64,000 bases of DNA. Source: Minisyncoccota bacterium. GTDB taxonomy: Bacteria; Patescibacteriota; Minisyncoccia; Phycocordibacterales; UBA9973. A program made the translations under genes and the position numbers. The notes beneath the pieces are model-generated. The model had not been told where the DNA came from. It worked only from the letters and a program-made list of their open reading frames with translations, and made no database searches. Of this stretch, positions 1 to 10,089 are shown piece by piece. The stretch covers positions 10,090 through 74,089 of the forward strand of contig DATGWJ010000021.1 in assembly GCA_035299545.1 (NCBI GenBank), in the 5' to 3' direction. The first letter of the stretch is position 1, and each line of letters begins with the position of its first letter.

Positions 1-235
1 CTCCGACTTCGTCTATATCGCCAGTTCGGACACATTTCTGAACATCAACTAAGCGTGTCCCCATTGGGTGTTTTTGCCCTAAAAGATAAGGCACTAGTGG
101 TTGCATTCCTGCAGTATTAAAAAGCACAGATGGGTCGTTCTCTGGAACTAAAGAGGCAGAAGGTATTATCTTATGTCCACGGTTTTCGAAAAATTTAAGG
201 AATTTCTCTCGGATTTCATTTGAGGTCATATGCAT
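1..235 (-). CDS. alaS: alanyl-tRNA synthetase, N-terminal fragment (gene runs off the window)
   Basis: The minus strand reads [53 protein letters not shown]...[13 protein letters not shown], the canonical AlaRS N-terminal motifs. It is not in the ORF track because it is partial. Confidence 0.6.
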   Translation of the reverse strand, partial: MHMTSNEIREKFLKFFENRGHKIIPSASLVPENDPSVLFNTAGMQPLVPYLLGQKHPMGTRLVDVQKCVRTGDIDEVG

Positions 236-265
236 TCATATTATACTAAAAACACTAAACAGAAA

Positions 266-298
266 AGCCCTCCGGTAATATCCCGGAGGGCTTTTCTT
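266..298. terminator. intrinsic terminator hairpin AAAAGCCCTCCGG-loop-CCGGAGGGCTTTT (bidirectional)
   Basis: Perfect GC stem flanked by A and T runs, immediately after the mgtC stop. Confidence 0.7.
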
Positions 299-827
299 AG
301 TTGTAATTATCATCCTGAGGATTATTTTCTTTAAAGAATTTTGATTTTCTTAACTGTTCTTCCAAGAACCAAAGAACAATAAATATGAATAAGGTTAGAA
401 TAGTAGTAATTATTGCAATATTAAAAAGTTTAAAACCAGCGGCCATTCCAATACCAGCAGAAACCCAAAGACCCGTGGCAGTAGTAAGACCCATTAATTT
501 TGAATCTTTAGTGAAAATTAATCCAGCTCCAATAAACCCTATACCCACAACAATCTGAGAAATAAGTATTAAAGGATTTAACCCAGAAAAACCAGTATAG
601 AACTTGACCATTTCATTTGAAATAATAACAAACAAAGCAGAACCCATTGATACAAGTGCGTACGTTCGCATTCCTGCTGTTTTGTGCGCCCATACACGCT
701 CTGTACCTATAACCATACCCAATAGTAAAGCAACTAATAGACGAATAACCACATCTACAGTTGAAATATTTAAAAAGTTTTCCATAGTATAACCATTATC
801 CCACAATGCCTCCACCCAAGCAAGCAT
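297..827 (-). CDS. mgtC: MgtC/SapB family membrane protein
   Basis: Motif GMVIGTERVWAHKTAGMRTYALVSMGSALF plus multiple TM helices. The true start is probably the internal Met near 785, since the annotated start overlaps mnmA. Confidence 0.7.
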   Translation of the reverse strand: MLAWVEALWDNGYTMENFLNISTVDVVIRLLVALLLGMVIGTERVWAHKTAGMRTYALVSMGSALFVIISNEMVKFYTGFSGLNPLILISQIVVGIGFIGAGLIFTKDSKLMGLTTATGLWVSAGIGMAAGFKLFNIAIITTILTLFIFIVLWFLEEQLRKSKFFKENNPQDDNYN

Positions 828-1974
828 TTACGTCATAAACAACAATAGATTGACCACTATCAACAAGTATATTTTTATCAAAAATTATTTTTGCCTTTTT
901 ATCTTCCGATACTTCTACCTTGCAAGAAAAATGCTCCCCATGATACCTAATCTGAGCAGTATACTTTTTGTCTTTCTCTGGAATACTCGATATCCAATTT
1001 ACTTTTTCTATTTCCAAATAATTAGATTCTTTATTTCCCCCTGAACCTGGTTCAAGGGAGACTGTAATGGTATTATCTTTAATATTTTTAGATATAACAT
1101 AAAGAGGTTTTTCGTTATCTTCTTTCTTGTTTACTCTAAACCCATGCCTTTCTCCAAGAGTGAAGAAAACAGCTCCATCGTGAGTACCTATAATTTCTCC
1201 TTTTTCATCTAAAACATTTCCTTTTTCAGATTTAATATAATGCTTCAAGAAATCTTTCATATCAAGTTGTCCAAGAAAACAAACTCCTTGGCTGTCCTTT
1301 TTTGTAGCAGTAGGAAGTTTATATTTTTCTGCAAGTTTACGAACTTCTGTCTTATTCAAGTGTCCAACAGGGAAAAGTGTGTGACGAAGATCTTCTTGTG
1401 TAAGAGTCCATAAAAAATAAGATTGATCTTTAGAATCATCTTTTGACTTGCGAAGCGCCAATAGTCCTTGAGAAGCGACGGGTGTGGGTGAGAAAGCGAA
1501 TACATGGAGCTTTCGCAAGACCTTTTGAGATTTCTTTGTATTCAAAGAATCCAAAAGGTGTACTGCGCCTGTAAGGCGGGCCGGAGTATTTACAGCATAA
1601 TGCCCTGTCGCAATAAAATCTGCGCCGTGGGATTTGGCAAAATTCCAAAACACTCCAAATTTTACTTCGCGATTACACATTACATCGGGGTTGGGTGTTT
1701 TTCCTTTTTTATATTCTTCTATCATATAGTCTGCCACACCTTCCTTGTATTCCTTTTCTGCATCACATTCCAAGAATGGAATACCTAGATGAGCACAGAC
1801 ACGCATCGCATCGCGACGTTCATCTCTCCAAGTACACTCTATAAAATCCGGTGTCCAGGTACGGATAAAAACACCAACAACGTTGTATCCTTGTTCTTTT
1901 AGAAGAGCTGCTGAGACAGATGAATCCACCCCTCCCGACACTCCAACAAATACTGTTTTATACTTTGATTTCAT
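796..1974 (-). CDS. mnmA: tRNA-specific 2-thiouridylase MnmA
   Basis: PP-loop VGVSGGVDSSV, NPDVMCN and GHYA motifs. Confidence 0.9.
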   Translation of the reverse strand: MKSKYKTVFVGVSGGVDSSVSAALLKEQGYNVVGVFIRTWTPDFIECTWRDERRDAMRVCAHLGIPFLECDAEKEYKEGVADYMIEEYKKGKTPNPDVMCNREVKFGVFWNFAKSHGADFIATGHYAVNTPARLTGAVHLLDSLNTKKSQKVLRKLHVFAFSPTPVASQGLLALRKSKDDSKDQSYFLWTLTQEDLRHTLFPVGHLNKTEVRKLAEKYKLPTATKKDSQGVCFLGQLDMKDFLKHYIKSEKGNVLDEKGEIIGTHDGAVFFTLGERHGFRVNKKEDNEKPLYVISKNIKDNTITVSLEPGSGGNKESNYLEIEKVNWISSIPEKDKKYTAQIRYHGEHFSCKVEVSEDKKAKIIFDKNILVDSGQSIVVYDVNACLGGGIVG

Positions 1975-2128
1975 TTAAATAAACCAATTGCTACATAAAA
2001 TAAGCTCTTCTCAAAATGCACGGATATTTTTCTGCTGAAAAATTCCTCGTGCTCGCGCCGTCGCGCTCCCAAGGCATTTTTTAAAGACTTATTTTCTTTC
2101 GCAATTTTTAATTCTTAATTGGTAATTA

Positions 2129-3022
2129 TTAATTACCCCTACTCCACCTTGCAAATATACCACAAGGTAGCAATATGTCACTTCCTGTTTGTTCTATCAC
2201 AAGTTCCCCACTTTCTATGATACCTTTGTAGTTTTTCATCATATCCTTTAAATTATTTTGGTACGCAATAGGAGAATACCCAGCAGTATATCCATTTATT
2301 AGAATAAACAGAGGATTAGAAGATAGTACTTCTTTACACAATTTCATTAGCTCAAGAAAATTCTCTTCTATTTTCCACAATTCATCTTTCGGACCATGGC
2401 CAAAAGAAGGAGGATCCATAATTATGGCATCATATTTGTGTCCTCTTTTTACTTCTCGCTTCAGAAATTTAATTACATCTTCGACTATCCATCTTGTCGA
2501 AGCATTTTCTAATCCAGAAAGTTTTGCATTCTCTCGTGCCCATTCTACTGCGGTCTTCGAACCATCTACATGGCAAACTTCTGCTCCGGCTTTAGCACAA
2601 GCAAGTGTAGCCCCACCGGTATAAGCAAAAAGATTTAATACTTCTACTTTTCTATTCTTTGATTCTTTTTTAATTAACTCTTCTGTCCACTGCCAATTTG
2701 GAAGTTGCTCAGGGAAAAGCCCGGTGTGCTTAAAAGATGTAGGCTTAATAGAGAACTTTAAACTCCCGTAAGATATATTCCAGCTTTTTGGTGTTCCTTC
2801 TTTTACTACCCACCCTGCCTGCCGGCCAGGCAGGTTTGTCTTAATTCCATTCCGAACAAATTTTAACTCAGCTTTTTCCCAATCGGAAATATTTTTTGAT
2901 TTTTCCCATATCGCTTCAGGGTCTGGGCGTTTTAGAATATAGGAACCATATCTTTCCAATTTCTCTCCATTACCGGAATCAATTAATTCATAATCATTTT
3001 GTTTTTCTGTTTTTAAAATCAT
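2129..3022 (-). CDS. class I SAM-dependent rRNA methyltransferase (RlmI/RlmK-like)
   Basis: SAM-binding fold LNLFAYTGGATLACAKAGAEVCHVDGS and IIMDPPSFG (DPPxF) motif. Confidence 0.6.
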   Translation of the reverse strand: MILKTEKQNDYELIDSGNGEKLERYGSYILKRPDPEAIWEKSKNISDWEKAELKFVRNGIKTNLPGRQAGWVVKEGTPKSWNISYGSLKFSIKPTSFKHTGLFPEQLPNWQWTEELIKKESKNRKVEVLNLFAYTGGATLACAKAGAEVCHVDGSKTAVEWARENAKLSGLENASTRWIVEDVIKFLKREVKRGHKYDAIIMDPPSFGHGPKDELWKIEENFLELMKLCKEVLSSNPLFILINGYTAGYSPIAYQNNLKDMMKNYKGIIESGELVIEQTGSDILLPCGIFARWSRGN

Positions 3023-3023
3023 A

Positions 3024-3938
3024 TTATTTAAGATATTTATTTATATTTTGTTTATGCTCATCATACGAGACAGCGAAGTGCACTTTACCATTTTTATCAT
3101 GAAGATAATATAAGTAGGAGGATGCTTTTGGTGATATAGCTGCTTTTATAGATGTTAGACCAGGATTATTAAGTGGTTTTATAGGTAGACCTTTATTTTC
3201 ATAAGTCCATCTATCTACATCTACCTGGAGAGGCATATTGAGTGAAATTCTTTTCCATAAAATACCAGAAATTATTTCAACATCTTCTTTCCCACCCGCT
3301 TCTCCTTCTAAAATAGATGCCATGATTACTATTTCCGATAAACTTTTATTACTTTCTTTTAACTCTAAATCAACATTTTCTATTTTATTATTAAAATTAT
3401 CAAACAATTTTTTAATTATTTCATCTGGCTGATCAAGTGAGAATAAAAAGTATGTATCTGGGAACAAATAACCCTGTTTATCTTTTGCTTGAGATAAAAA
3501 TAATTCCTTGTTAAATTGAGGTAATTTATCAGAGAGAATATCAGCAATCTGTTCATTAGTTAAACCTTCCCTGATTGTAATTTTTATAGGCTTCAAATTA
3601 TAGTGGCCTCGTCCTATCTGCCAAGCCACAACAAAAACAGGGGCTTCTTTTTTAATTAGATAATCACCAGTAATTATTCCCTGCCCTTTCTTTAAAAGTT
3701 TAATGAATATTTTTAAAGTTAGATCATTTTTTACAATATTTTTATTCTCTAATTCTAATGCGAGAGAATTTATAGATTGCCCTCCAGAAATATGTATAAT
3801 AGTATCACTACCACCAAATGGAGAGGCTAAAAAAGTAAAATAAAGAATAATAACAAAAATCAATACTAATAATATATACCATTTTTTAGTATTAATTTTT
3901 GTGTCTTGTGACTCTATTTTTTCGAAATTATCATCCAT
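3024..3938 (-). CDS. mltG: endolytic murein transglycosylase MltG (YceG-like)
   Basis: N-terminal TM anchor and the YceG signature region with GYLFPDTYF. Confidence 0.75.
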   Translation of the reverse strand: MDDNFEKIESQDTKINTKKWYILLVLIFVIILYFTFLASPFGGSDTIIHISGGQSINSLALELENKNIVKNDLTLKIFIKLLKKGQGIITGDYLIKKEAPVFVVAWQIGRGHYNLKPIKITIREGLTNEQIADILSDKLPQFNKELFLSQAKDKQGYLFPDTYFLFSLDQPDEIIKKLFDNFNNKIENVDLELKESNKSLSEIVIMASILEGEAGGKEDVEIISGILWKRISLNMPLQVDVDRWTYENKGLPIKPLNNPGLTSIKAAISPKASSYLYYLHDKNGKVHFAVSYDEHKQNINKYLK

Positions 3939-3941
3939 AAA

Positions 3942-5240
3942 CTAGACAGGCAAATTGGAAGGTGGCTTTGCAATCTTTGACTCGATACGCTTGAAGCTTG
4001 GTGTCTCTGAAACCATTCCAGGGAAATGATAAATACTTGCTAATTCCTCACTTGAAAGAACAAAAACATTTGGTTTACCAGATGGGAAGAACATATTAAA
4101 CACTGCTGGATATTTAAAGGCGAACTGTAATGGTGGATGGAAGAATGTCCTCATTCTATAGAAATTAAGCATACGTCTCTTTAATGCCGTTAGGGCAAGA
4201 CCTGTAGGGTCAGACCATGGTGCATCGAACTGAGTAGAATTCACACGATTAAGCTCATTTGAATTTGGCTGAGCAAACTGACGAAATACAAGACGAGCAG
4301 AACGTCTTAGATTATTAAATTGGTCATCTGATATTAATCTTTTATCTGCTAAGGTAACTAATCTGATACCACAATCAAAATGAATGAGTTTCAAATTAGA
4401 AACCCACAATCGAATAGTATCTTCAAGGAATCCAGGCGCACGAACTTCTGTGGCATCAGAACCTCCCACTCCAGATTTTGCGTGAATTCGGGTATAAGGT
4501 TTAAGAACATCTTGAATGTGCTCTTCCGCATATGCATCAAAGTCCACATGCTTACCAGTAAAATGACTATGATATTTCTTAATGTTCTGTCTTACAACTA
4601 TTTGTATCCAAACTTGTTCACCCTTAGGGAGAGAACCCAGATATTCTATGATAGGAGTTATTGGGTCTATCTTGTATTCTTCCTTAGTCCCACTTTTCAT
4701 TTCCTCTACCTGCTTATAGGTTTTTATTGTTTGAACGTCGTGTTTTAATTTATTAAATTCACAACCCCAAAGATTCCAATCACCATCTTTTCTATATTGA
4801 GGAATTTTAAAAGCGTAATCCTCTACTTCTACTACTTTTGCCTGAGGATATTGCGCGTATATTTGCGTCTCTACGAGATCACGAATACGAGTAGGTGTAC
4901 GAATATAAAAATGAACTCTTCCGTCTATAGAAACAATTTCAAGTGAAAACCAAAGCCAAGGTGCACCCTGTACGAATTGCTCCCAAAATCCTTTCATACT
5001 CTTATGATAAAGAGCGTTAGAAAAGATAAGCTCCATAGCTGCAGGTGTCTTTATAACTTCACGGGGTACTTGAATCTCAAGAAGAACCCATTTTATTCCC
5101 ATAATAAAACGTTCTTGTCGGTAATGATGCCACAAAGTGAAAGCTATATATGCCAAAGGTATCGGCATAAGGTAACCAATAGTGACTAAAAGTATTTGTA
5201 TTAGATTGAAATTATGAGTTGCTAAGAATTGTTCTATCAT
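3942..5240 (-). CDS. hypothetical membrane-anchored protein (432 aa)
   Basis: Long ORF with an N-terminal TM segment; no recognisable catalytic motif. Confidence 0.5.
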   Translation of the reverse strand: MIEQFLATHNFNLIQILLVTIGYLMPIPLAYIAFTLWHHYRQERFIMGIKWVLLEIQVPREVIKTPAAMELIFSNALYHKSMKGFWEQFVQGAPWLWFSLEIVSIDGRVHFYIRTPTRIRDLVETQIYAQYPQAKVVEVEDYAFKIPQYRKDGDWNLWGCEFNKLKHDVQTIKTYKQVEEMKSGTKEEYKIDPITPIIEYLGSLPKGEQVWIQIVVRQNIKKYHSHFTGKHVDFDAYAEEHIQDVLKPYTRIHAKSGVGGSDATEVRAPGFLEDTIRLWVSNLKLIHFDCGIRLVTLADKRLISDDQFNNLRRSARLVFRQFAQPNSNELNRVNSTQFDAPWSDPTGLALTALKRRMLNFYRMRTFFHPPLQFAFKYPAVFNMFFPSGKPNVFVLSSEELASIYHFPGMVSETPSFKRIESKIAKPPSNLPV

Positions 5241-5243
5241 ATG

Positions 5244-5330
5244 TTATCTAGAAAAATAACCTATCAATATGGCGATTAAAATAAATCCGAGTATTATTAC
5301 TATAAGATTCATAATCATTCCTCGTTGCAT
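5244..5330 (-). CDS. candidate 28-aa hydrophobic micro-protein (MQRGMIMNLIVIILGFILIAILIGYFSR)
   Basis: ATG to TAA ORF ending 3 nt before the start of the 432-aa gene. Single predicted TM helix. Speculative. Confidence 0.2.
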   Translation of the reverse strand: MQRGMIMNLIVIILGFILIAILIGYFSR

Positions 5331-5358
5331 ATGTATTATTGTATCATAAACAAAATAA

Positions 5359-5392
5359 AAACTCGACTATAGTCGAGTTTTTATTTTGTTTA
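5359..5392. terminator. intrinsic terminator hairpin AAAACTCGACTATAGTCGAGTTTTT
   Basis: Perfect palindrome plus T run, right after the stop of the sigma-like gene. Confidence 0.7.
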
Positions 5393-5393
5393 T

Positions 5394-6425
5394 TTATGCA
5401 ATTGCGTATTGTCCCTGCTTGTTCTTCTTAAAATATTTAGGATTCTGTAAATTTACTAAAATAGTGTTCTTCTTTAGGTATCTTTCTTTCATAACTTGGT
5501 CAACAATTTCTTCTTTTACCATTGGTCCATTTTTCTTTAGAAGTTCTTTTATAACATCTCGGACTACACCAGTCTTGTAACCCCATTCAGATAAGGCATA
5601 TATACCTCTTCCAACAAGGACAAATCTTGGATCCTTTATGAGCTCATTATGACAAGTAGCAACATGACACTTCTTTCCGAAAGTATTTGAAACTGCCTTA
5701 GCTACTTCTCTGAAATGCATAGGACTGCCGTGCTTGCGCATCATTAAGAAAGCATAATCTTTCACTCCACGTGTCTTTATACTTGGTGATGATGCTCTAC
5801 CCCATTCTCCAAGTGGGTTTTTACTAATCTTTTTTGATATTGAGAGCCAGCGACGAGCAATCTCTTCATTTCTATATTGTTCAGATAAATCTTTTATCTC
5901 TTCAAGGAATCGAGCGATAAGCTCACTTTCTGAAATTAATTCATCATCTTTTAGATTTTCATAAATATTCTTGAGTGATTTGTGAATACGATCTGCAATT
6001 TCAGAATCAATACTCCATCGTGCTTTAAAATGATCGTCTTCTTTGTGTTTAGTAAACTCATTACTTAATGTTAAGAAGAGGTTTATGTGGTTCTGAGTCA
6101 ATTTATCTTTTGCTAAATGATTGAGAAGATCTTGTTCTGAAACTATTGCTCCTAGGGTGTGGACTAACTTTTTAAGCTCTTCGAAAACTTCCTTTTCATT
6201 TTTAAAGAATTCAGATTTGCGGATAAGAGATAATGCTGTGTTTTCTATTTGGCGGACACGTTCACGAGTAATACCATATTTCTTACCTATTGCTTCAAGA
6301 GTTCGGCGTTCTGTATCAGCAGTCAATCCAAATCGGTTAACAATGACCTCATAGGCGCGAGGAGGTAAATCTGCTAGTATCTTTTTAGTAATCTGCTTTG
6401 GTTTAAATGTAACTGTAGTAGCCAT
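5394..6425 (-). CDS. sigma-70 region-4 HTH / HARE-HTH domain protein
   Basis: N-terminal LPPRAYEVIVNRFGL...TLEAIGKKYGITRERVRQIENTAL matches sigma-70 region 4. C-terminal HFREVAKAV...RFVLVGRGIYALSEWG matches the HARE-HTH pattern (as in RNAP delta subunit). Confidence 0.5.
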   Translation of the reverse strand: MATTVTFKPKQITKKILADLPPRAYEVIVNRFGLTADTERRTLEAIGKKYGITRERVRQIENTALSLIRKSEFFKNEKEVFEELKKLVHTLGAIVSEQDLLNHLAKDKLTQNHINLFLTLSNEFTKHKEDDHFKARWSIDSEIADRIHKSLKNIYENLKDDELISESELIARFLEEIKDLSEQYRNEEIARRWLSISKKISKNPLGEWGRASSPSIKTRGVKDYAFLMMRKHGSPMHFREVAKAVSNTFGKKCHVATCHNELIKDPRFVLVGRGIYALSEWGYKTGVVRDVIKELLKKNGPMVKEEIVDQVMKERYLKKNTILVNLQNPKYFKKNKQGQYAIA

Positions 6426-6522
6426 AATGAATAAAAATTTAATCTAATTAATTTATATCTTTTACTATAATATCATTACTATTAAATAAAGTCAACCTTT
6501 TAGAAATACCCCAATAAAATCA

Positions 6523-8331
6523 TTACTTTTTAGACAGAGTCTTAGCTTTTGATCTTTCCATTTCTGTCAAAAGCTTCTTCCTTAAGCGGACACTTTTAGG
6601 GGTAATTTCAAGATATTCATCTTCTGCCATTATCTCTAATCCCCTTTCAATAGATAGCTTATACGGCGGTTTTACAATTATGGCCTCATCTGTCCCACTC
6701 GCCCGCATATTTGAAAGCTGTTTGCTTTTTGTAGGGTTTACACTCATTTCATCGCCTTTAAGTACATTACCTACAACCATCCCTTCATAGACTTCATCCC
6801 CGTGTTCAACATACAAAGTCCCCCTTTCTTGAAGAGTCCAAAGAGAGAATGCAATTACCTTGCCAGCGACCATAGAAGTCATAGAACCGACATCTCTTTT
6901 CTTTATTTCACCAGCAAAACTTTTGAATCCTATAAATCTCGATGCAATTATTCCTTCGCCTTTTGTATCTACGACAAACTGACCTCGGTATCCGAGTAAA
7001 CCTCTTGTTGGAATTTCTATTAAGATACGAACTATCCCTTCCTTCTCATGCATACTTGTGATAATTCCGCGACGTGCAGTTAACTTCTCTATCACTGCGC
7101 CGGAATATTCATTACGAACATCAATAGTTGCCTCTTCATATGGTTCCAATTTTTCTCCATTCTCTTCTTTTATAATTACATGCGGTTGAGATACTTGAAG
7201 TTCATAACCTTCACGACGCATATTTTCAAGAAGAACTGCAATGTGTAATTCGCCGCGTCCGTAAACAAGAAAACCTTCTTGAATTTCTTCTTGGTCTGGT
7301 GTATCAAAATTCACTCGGAGCCCAACGTTCATTTCTAATTCTTTTTCTAGTCGCTCTCTTATCTGTCTACTTGTGACATATTTTCCTTCACGTCCGGCAA
7401 AAGGAGAATCGTTAACTAAAAAGTTTAAAGAAATTGTCGGCTCATCTATGGCGATAGATGGAAGAGCTTCAGTGTTTGGATTATCACAAATTGTTTCTCC
7501 TATGTACACATCTGGAATACCAGCAATAATCGCAATATCTCCAGTATTTAATTCGCTCACCTCTTTTCTGTTTATACCTTCGAATGTAAACATCTTGGTA
7601 ATCTTTGCATTTCGTGATTTACCATTACTATCTTTCACTATTATTCCTGAACTTGTCTTTATAGAACCAGAGTAAGCACGGACAATAGCTAAACGTCCTA
7701 AGAAATTATCATATCCAAGATTAAAAACTTGAGCTCGGAAAGGATCTTCTTTGTTTACTGAAGCTTCTTTCACTTCTTTCAAAATCAAATCGAAAAGCGG
7801 AGTTAAATCTTTTGATTCATCTTCAAGGTTCATCTTTGCTATACCAAGTCGTCCGATAGCATACATATATTTGAAATTAATTTGCTCTTCTGTGGCTCCA
7901 AGCTCTAAGAAAAGTTCAAGTATTTCATCGTGAACGCGATGAGGATTTGCGGCTGGTTTATCTATTTTATTTATTATAACGATTGGTTTAAGTCCAAGTT
8001 CGAGAGATTTTTTGAGCACAAATCGTGTCTGAGGCATAGGCCCTTCTTGCGCATCAACTAACAGAAGCACTGAGTCGATAGCACGAAGAACACGCTCAAC
8101 TTCAGAACCGAAGTCAGCGTGACCTGGAGTGTCTACAATATTTATTTTTGTTCCCTTATAAATTACAGAAGTGTTTTTTGAATATATAGTAATACCCCGC
8201 TCAAGTTCAAGAGCGTTTGAATCCATAGTTACTCCTTCTTCCACCATTCCACACTGCTTCATCATCTGGTCAGTGAGAGTTGTCTTACCATGGTCCACGT
8301 GTGCAATTATAGCTATGTTTCTAATTTCCAT
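6523..8331 (-). CDS. typA: translational GTPase TypA/BipA
   Basis: NIAIIAHVDHGKTTL, DTPGHADF, 602 aa with a translation-factor domain order. Confidence 0.9.
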   Translation of the reverse strand: MEIRNIAIIAHVDHGKTTLTDQMMKQCGMVEEGVTMDSNALELERGITIYSKNTSVIYKGTKINIVDTPGHADFGSEVERVLRAIDSVLLLVDAQEGPMPQTRFVLKKSLELGLKPIVIINKIDKPAANPHRVHDEILELFLELGATEEQINFKYMYAIGRLGIAKMNLEDESKDLTPLFDLILKEVKEASVNKEDPFRAQVFNLGYDNFLGRLAIVRAYSGSIKTSSGIIVKDSNGKSRNAKITKMFTFEGINRKEVSELNTGDIAIIAGIPDVYIGETICDNPNTEALPSIAIDEPTISLNFLVNDSPFAGREGKYVTSRQIRERLEKELEMNVGLRVNFDTPDQEEIQEGFLVYGRGELHIAVLLENMRREGYELQVSQPHVIIKEENGEKLEPYEEATIDVRNEYSGAVIEKLTARRGIITSMHEKEGIVRILIEIPTRGLLGYRGQFVVDTKGEGIIASRFIGFKSFAGEIKKRDVGSMTSMVAGKVIAFSLWTLQERGTLYVEHGDEVYEGMVVGNVLKGDEMSVNPTKSKQLSNMRASGTDEAIIVKPPYKLSIERGLEIMAEDEYLEITPKSVRLRKKLLTEMERSKAKTLSKK

Positions 8332-8436
8332 AAAATTTTTAATATAAATTTTTTAAACAAAAATATCCGCCGATAGCGGAAAATCCGATTTAAGATATCT
8401 TTATAATATCATACTTTCCGAAAAAAGTAAATATTT

Positions 8437-9543
8437 TTAAAGTAATTTTATTATATCGTGATAAGTTACGAAAATCATTAAAATTATCAATAAGCCAAAG
8501 CCGACGGCGTTTACAACATTTGCTATTTTTGGTTTTATTCGAGAACCTTTTATCTTCTCAATAAGTAAGAAGAACAATCTTCCTCCATCAAGAGCTGGAA
8601 ACGGAATAAGATTTATAACAGCAAGGTTAATAGATATAAGAGCTGTGAATGAAAGTAAGTAGACAAATCCGAACTTTGCTGCATCACCCACAACCCCGAC
8701 AATCCCTACAGGACCTGTAAGAGTAGAGAGATCAGCTTGCCCTATAACAGCATCATGAATTAAATTATAAAATCCTGCCACAGTCGCAACTGTCACATCC
8801 CAGGTTAATTTCAACCCTTCCCATAGAGCTCTGTGCACAGGGAGCTTGAGAGTACCTATCATATCCATTGAGATACCGATCATTGCATTTTCACTAGTAC
8901 TACTCTTCTCTGGAATAACTTTTATATCAAGTGGTTCTTGTCCTCGAACTACAGACACTGTCACCTCGTCACCATTGTGTTTCTTTACGAAATTCTGAAC
9001 ACTCTCAACACTAAAATATGAGGATAATAACATAGTTGAATCTGTCTTTGTTTCTAAAGAGACTATTTTATCACCTGTCTTTACTCCCCCTTTCTCTGCA
9101 GGAGAATTTGGTAATACACTAGTAACTGTAACCGCTTGATTTTCTACTATAGCTCCCTTTGGCACTGCCCCCACAGAAGTAGGTAGCCCAGAAATAAAAC
9201 CGACAGATAAAAGTATCCATGCCACAAGTAAATTCATTACTACTCCAGCGACTAATACAGCCGCTTGCACATATCTTGGTTTATTCACAAAACTTCTAGA
9301 ACTATCTGGTCCAGTCATTGAATCTTCATCTGGATTCTCCCCAAAAATTTTCACATACCCTCCAAAAGGTAGAGCATTGAAATTATATGAAGTCTCTCCT
9401 ATTTTTTTACCAAAAAGTTTTGGTGGAAAACCAAAAGAAAATTCATCCACTCTTATTTTATTTAATTTCGCAACAATAAAATGCCCAAATTCATGGGAGA
9501 TAACAAGGATAAGTAAAATTATTAAAAAAATTAAAATATTCAT
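8437..9543 (-). CDS. rseP: RIP metalloprotease RseP (site-2 protease)
   Basis: HEFGHF zinc motif, TM helices, central PDZ-like region. Confidence 0.85.
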   Translation of the reverse strand: MNILIFLIILLILVISHEFGHFIVAKLNKIRVDEFSFGFPPKLFGKKIGETSYNFNALPFGGYVKIFGENPDEDSMTGPDSSRSFVNKPRYVQAAVLVAGVVMNLLVAWILLSVGFISGLPTSVGAVPKGAIVENQAVTVTSVLPNSPAEKGGVKTGDKIVSLETKTDSTMLLSSYFSVESVQNFVKKHNGDEVTVSVVRGQEPLDIKVIPEKSSTSENAMIGISMDMIGTLKLPVHRALWEGLKLTWDVTVATVAGFYNLIHDAVIGQADLSTLTGPVGIVGVVGDAAKFGFVYLLSFTALISINLAVINLIPFPALDGGRLFFLLIEKIKGSRIKPKIANVVNAVGFGLLIILMIFVTYHDIIKLL

Positions 9544-9546
9544 GAA

Positions 9547-10080
9547 TTAACTCATTATTTCAGTTTCCTTTTTATTGAAAATGGCTTCAAGATTATTGTT
9601 TGCTTCATCTACGCATTTTTGAATTTCATCTTTACCTCTTTTCTTTTCATCTTCAGACATATCTTCTAATTTATCTATTTCAGATTGTCGCTCTTTGCGA
9701 ACACTAATTCGGGCATCTTCAAGTTTTTCTTTTAGAACTTTTGCAAGCTTTGCTCGATTCTCAGTAGTAAGCATAGGGAAAATAACTCGAACACCATCAC
9801 TATCAGACACAACAGAAAGACCAAGATTAGATGCATTGATTGAATTTTCTATTTCTTTAATTTGATTTTTATCCCATGGAGCAATGCGAAGAGTCTTTGG
9901 GTCTTCTATTGTGATACCTGCAATATTTTTTATCGGCATATGAGTGCCATAACTTTCTACAGTGACACTATCGAGAACCATCGGAGTCGCTCTACCTGTG
10001 TGCACTTGCCCATATTCTTTACTCAACCATTCTTCTATCTTTTTTAATTCTACTTTAAAACCTTGTGTGTTATACGCCAT
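9547..10080 (-). CDS. frr: ribosome recycling factor
   Basis: VHTGRATPMVLD ... LTTENRAKLAK; typical length and motifs. Confidence 0.9.
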   Translation of the reverse strand: MAYNTQGFKVELKKIEEWLSKEYGQVHTGRATPMVLDSVTVESYGTHMPIKNIAGITIEDPKTLRIAPWDKNQIKEIENSINASNLGLSVVSDSDGVRVIFPMLTTENRAKLAKVLKEKLEDARISVRKERQSEIDKLEDMSEDEKKRGKDEIQKCVDEANNNLEAIFNKKETEIMS

Positions 10081-10089
10081 ATACCTTTA

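Noticed and set aside
604-1788. Plus- and minus-strand ORFs from the six-frame track that overlap mgtC and mnmA (604..792, 850..1044, 1436..1648, 1504..1788). Similar shadow ORFs occur throughout: 2424..2624, 4380..4748, 6121..6354, 7373..7675, 13892..14269, 15864..16586, 16927..17411, 18260..19061, 31604..32788, 35623..36141, 43825..44358 and others.
   Set aside because: They lie antisense or out of frame inside genes with clear homology-type motifs. They have low-complexity composition, no RBS and no independent signals, so they are shadow ORFs.
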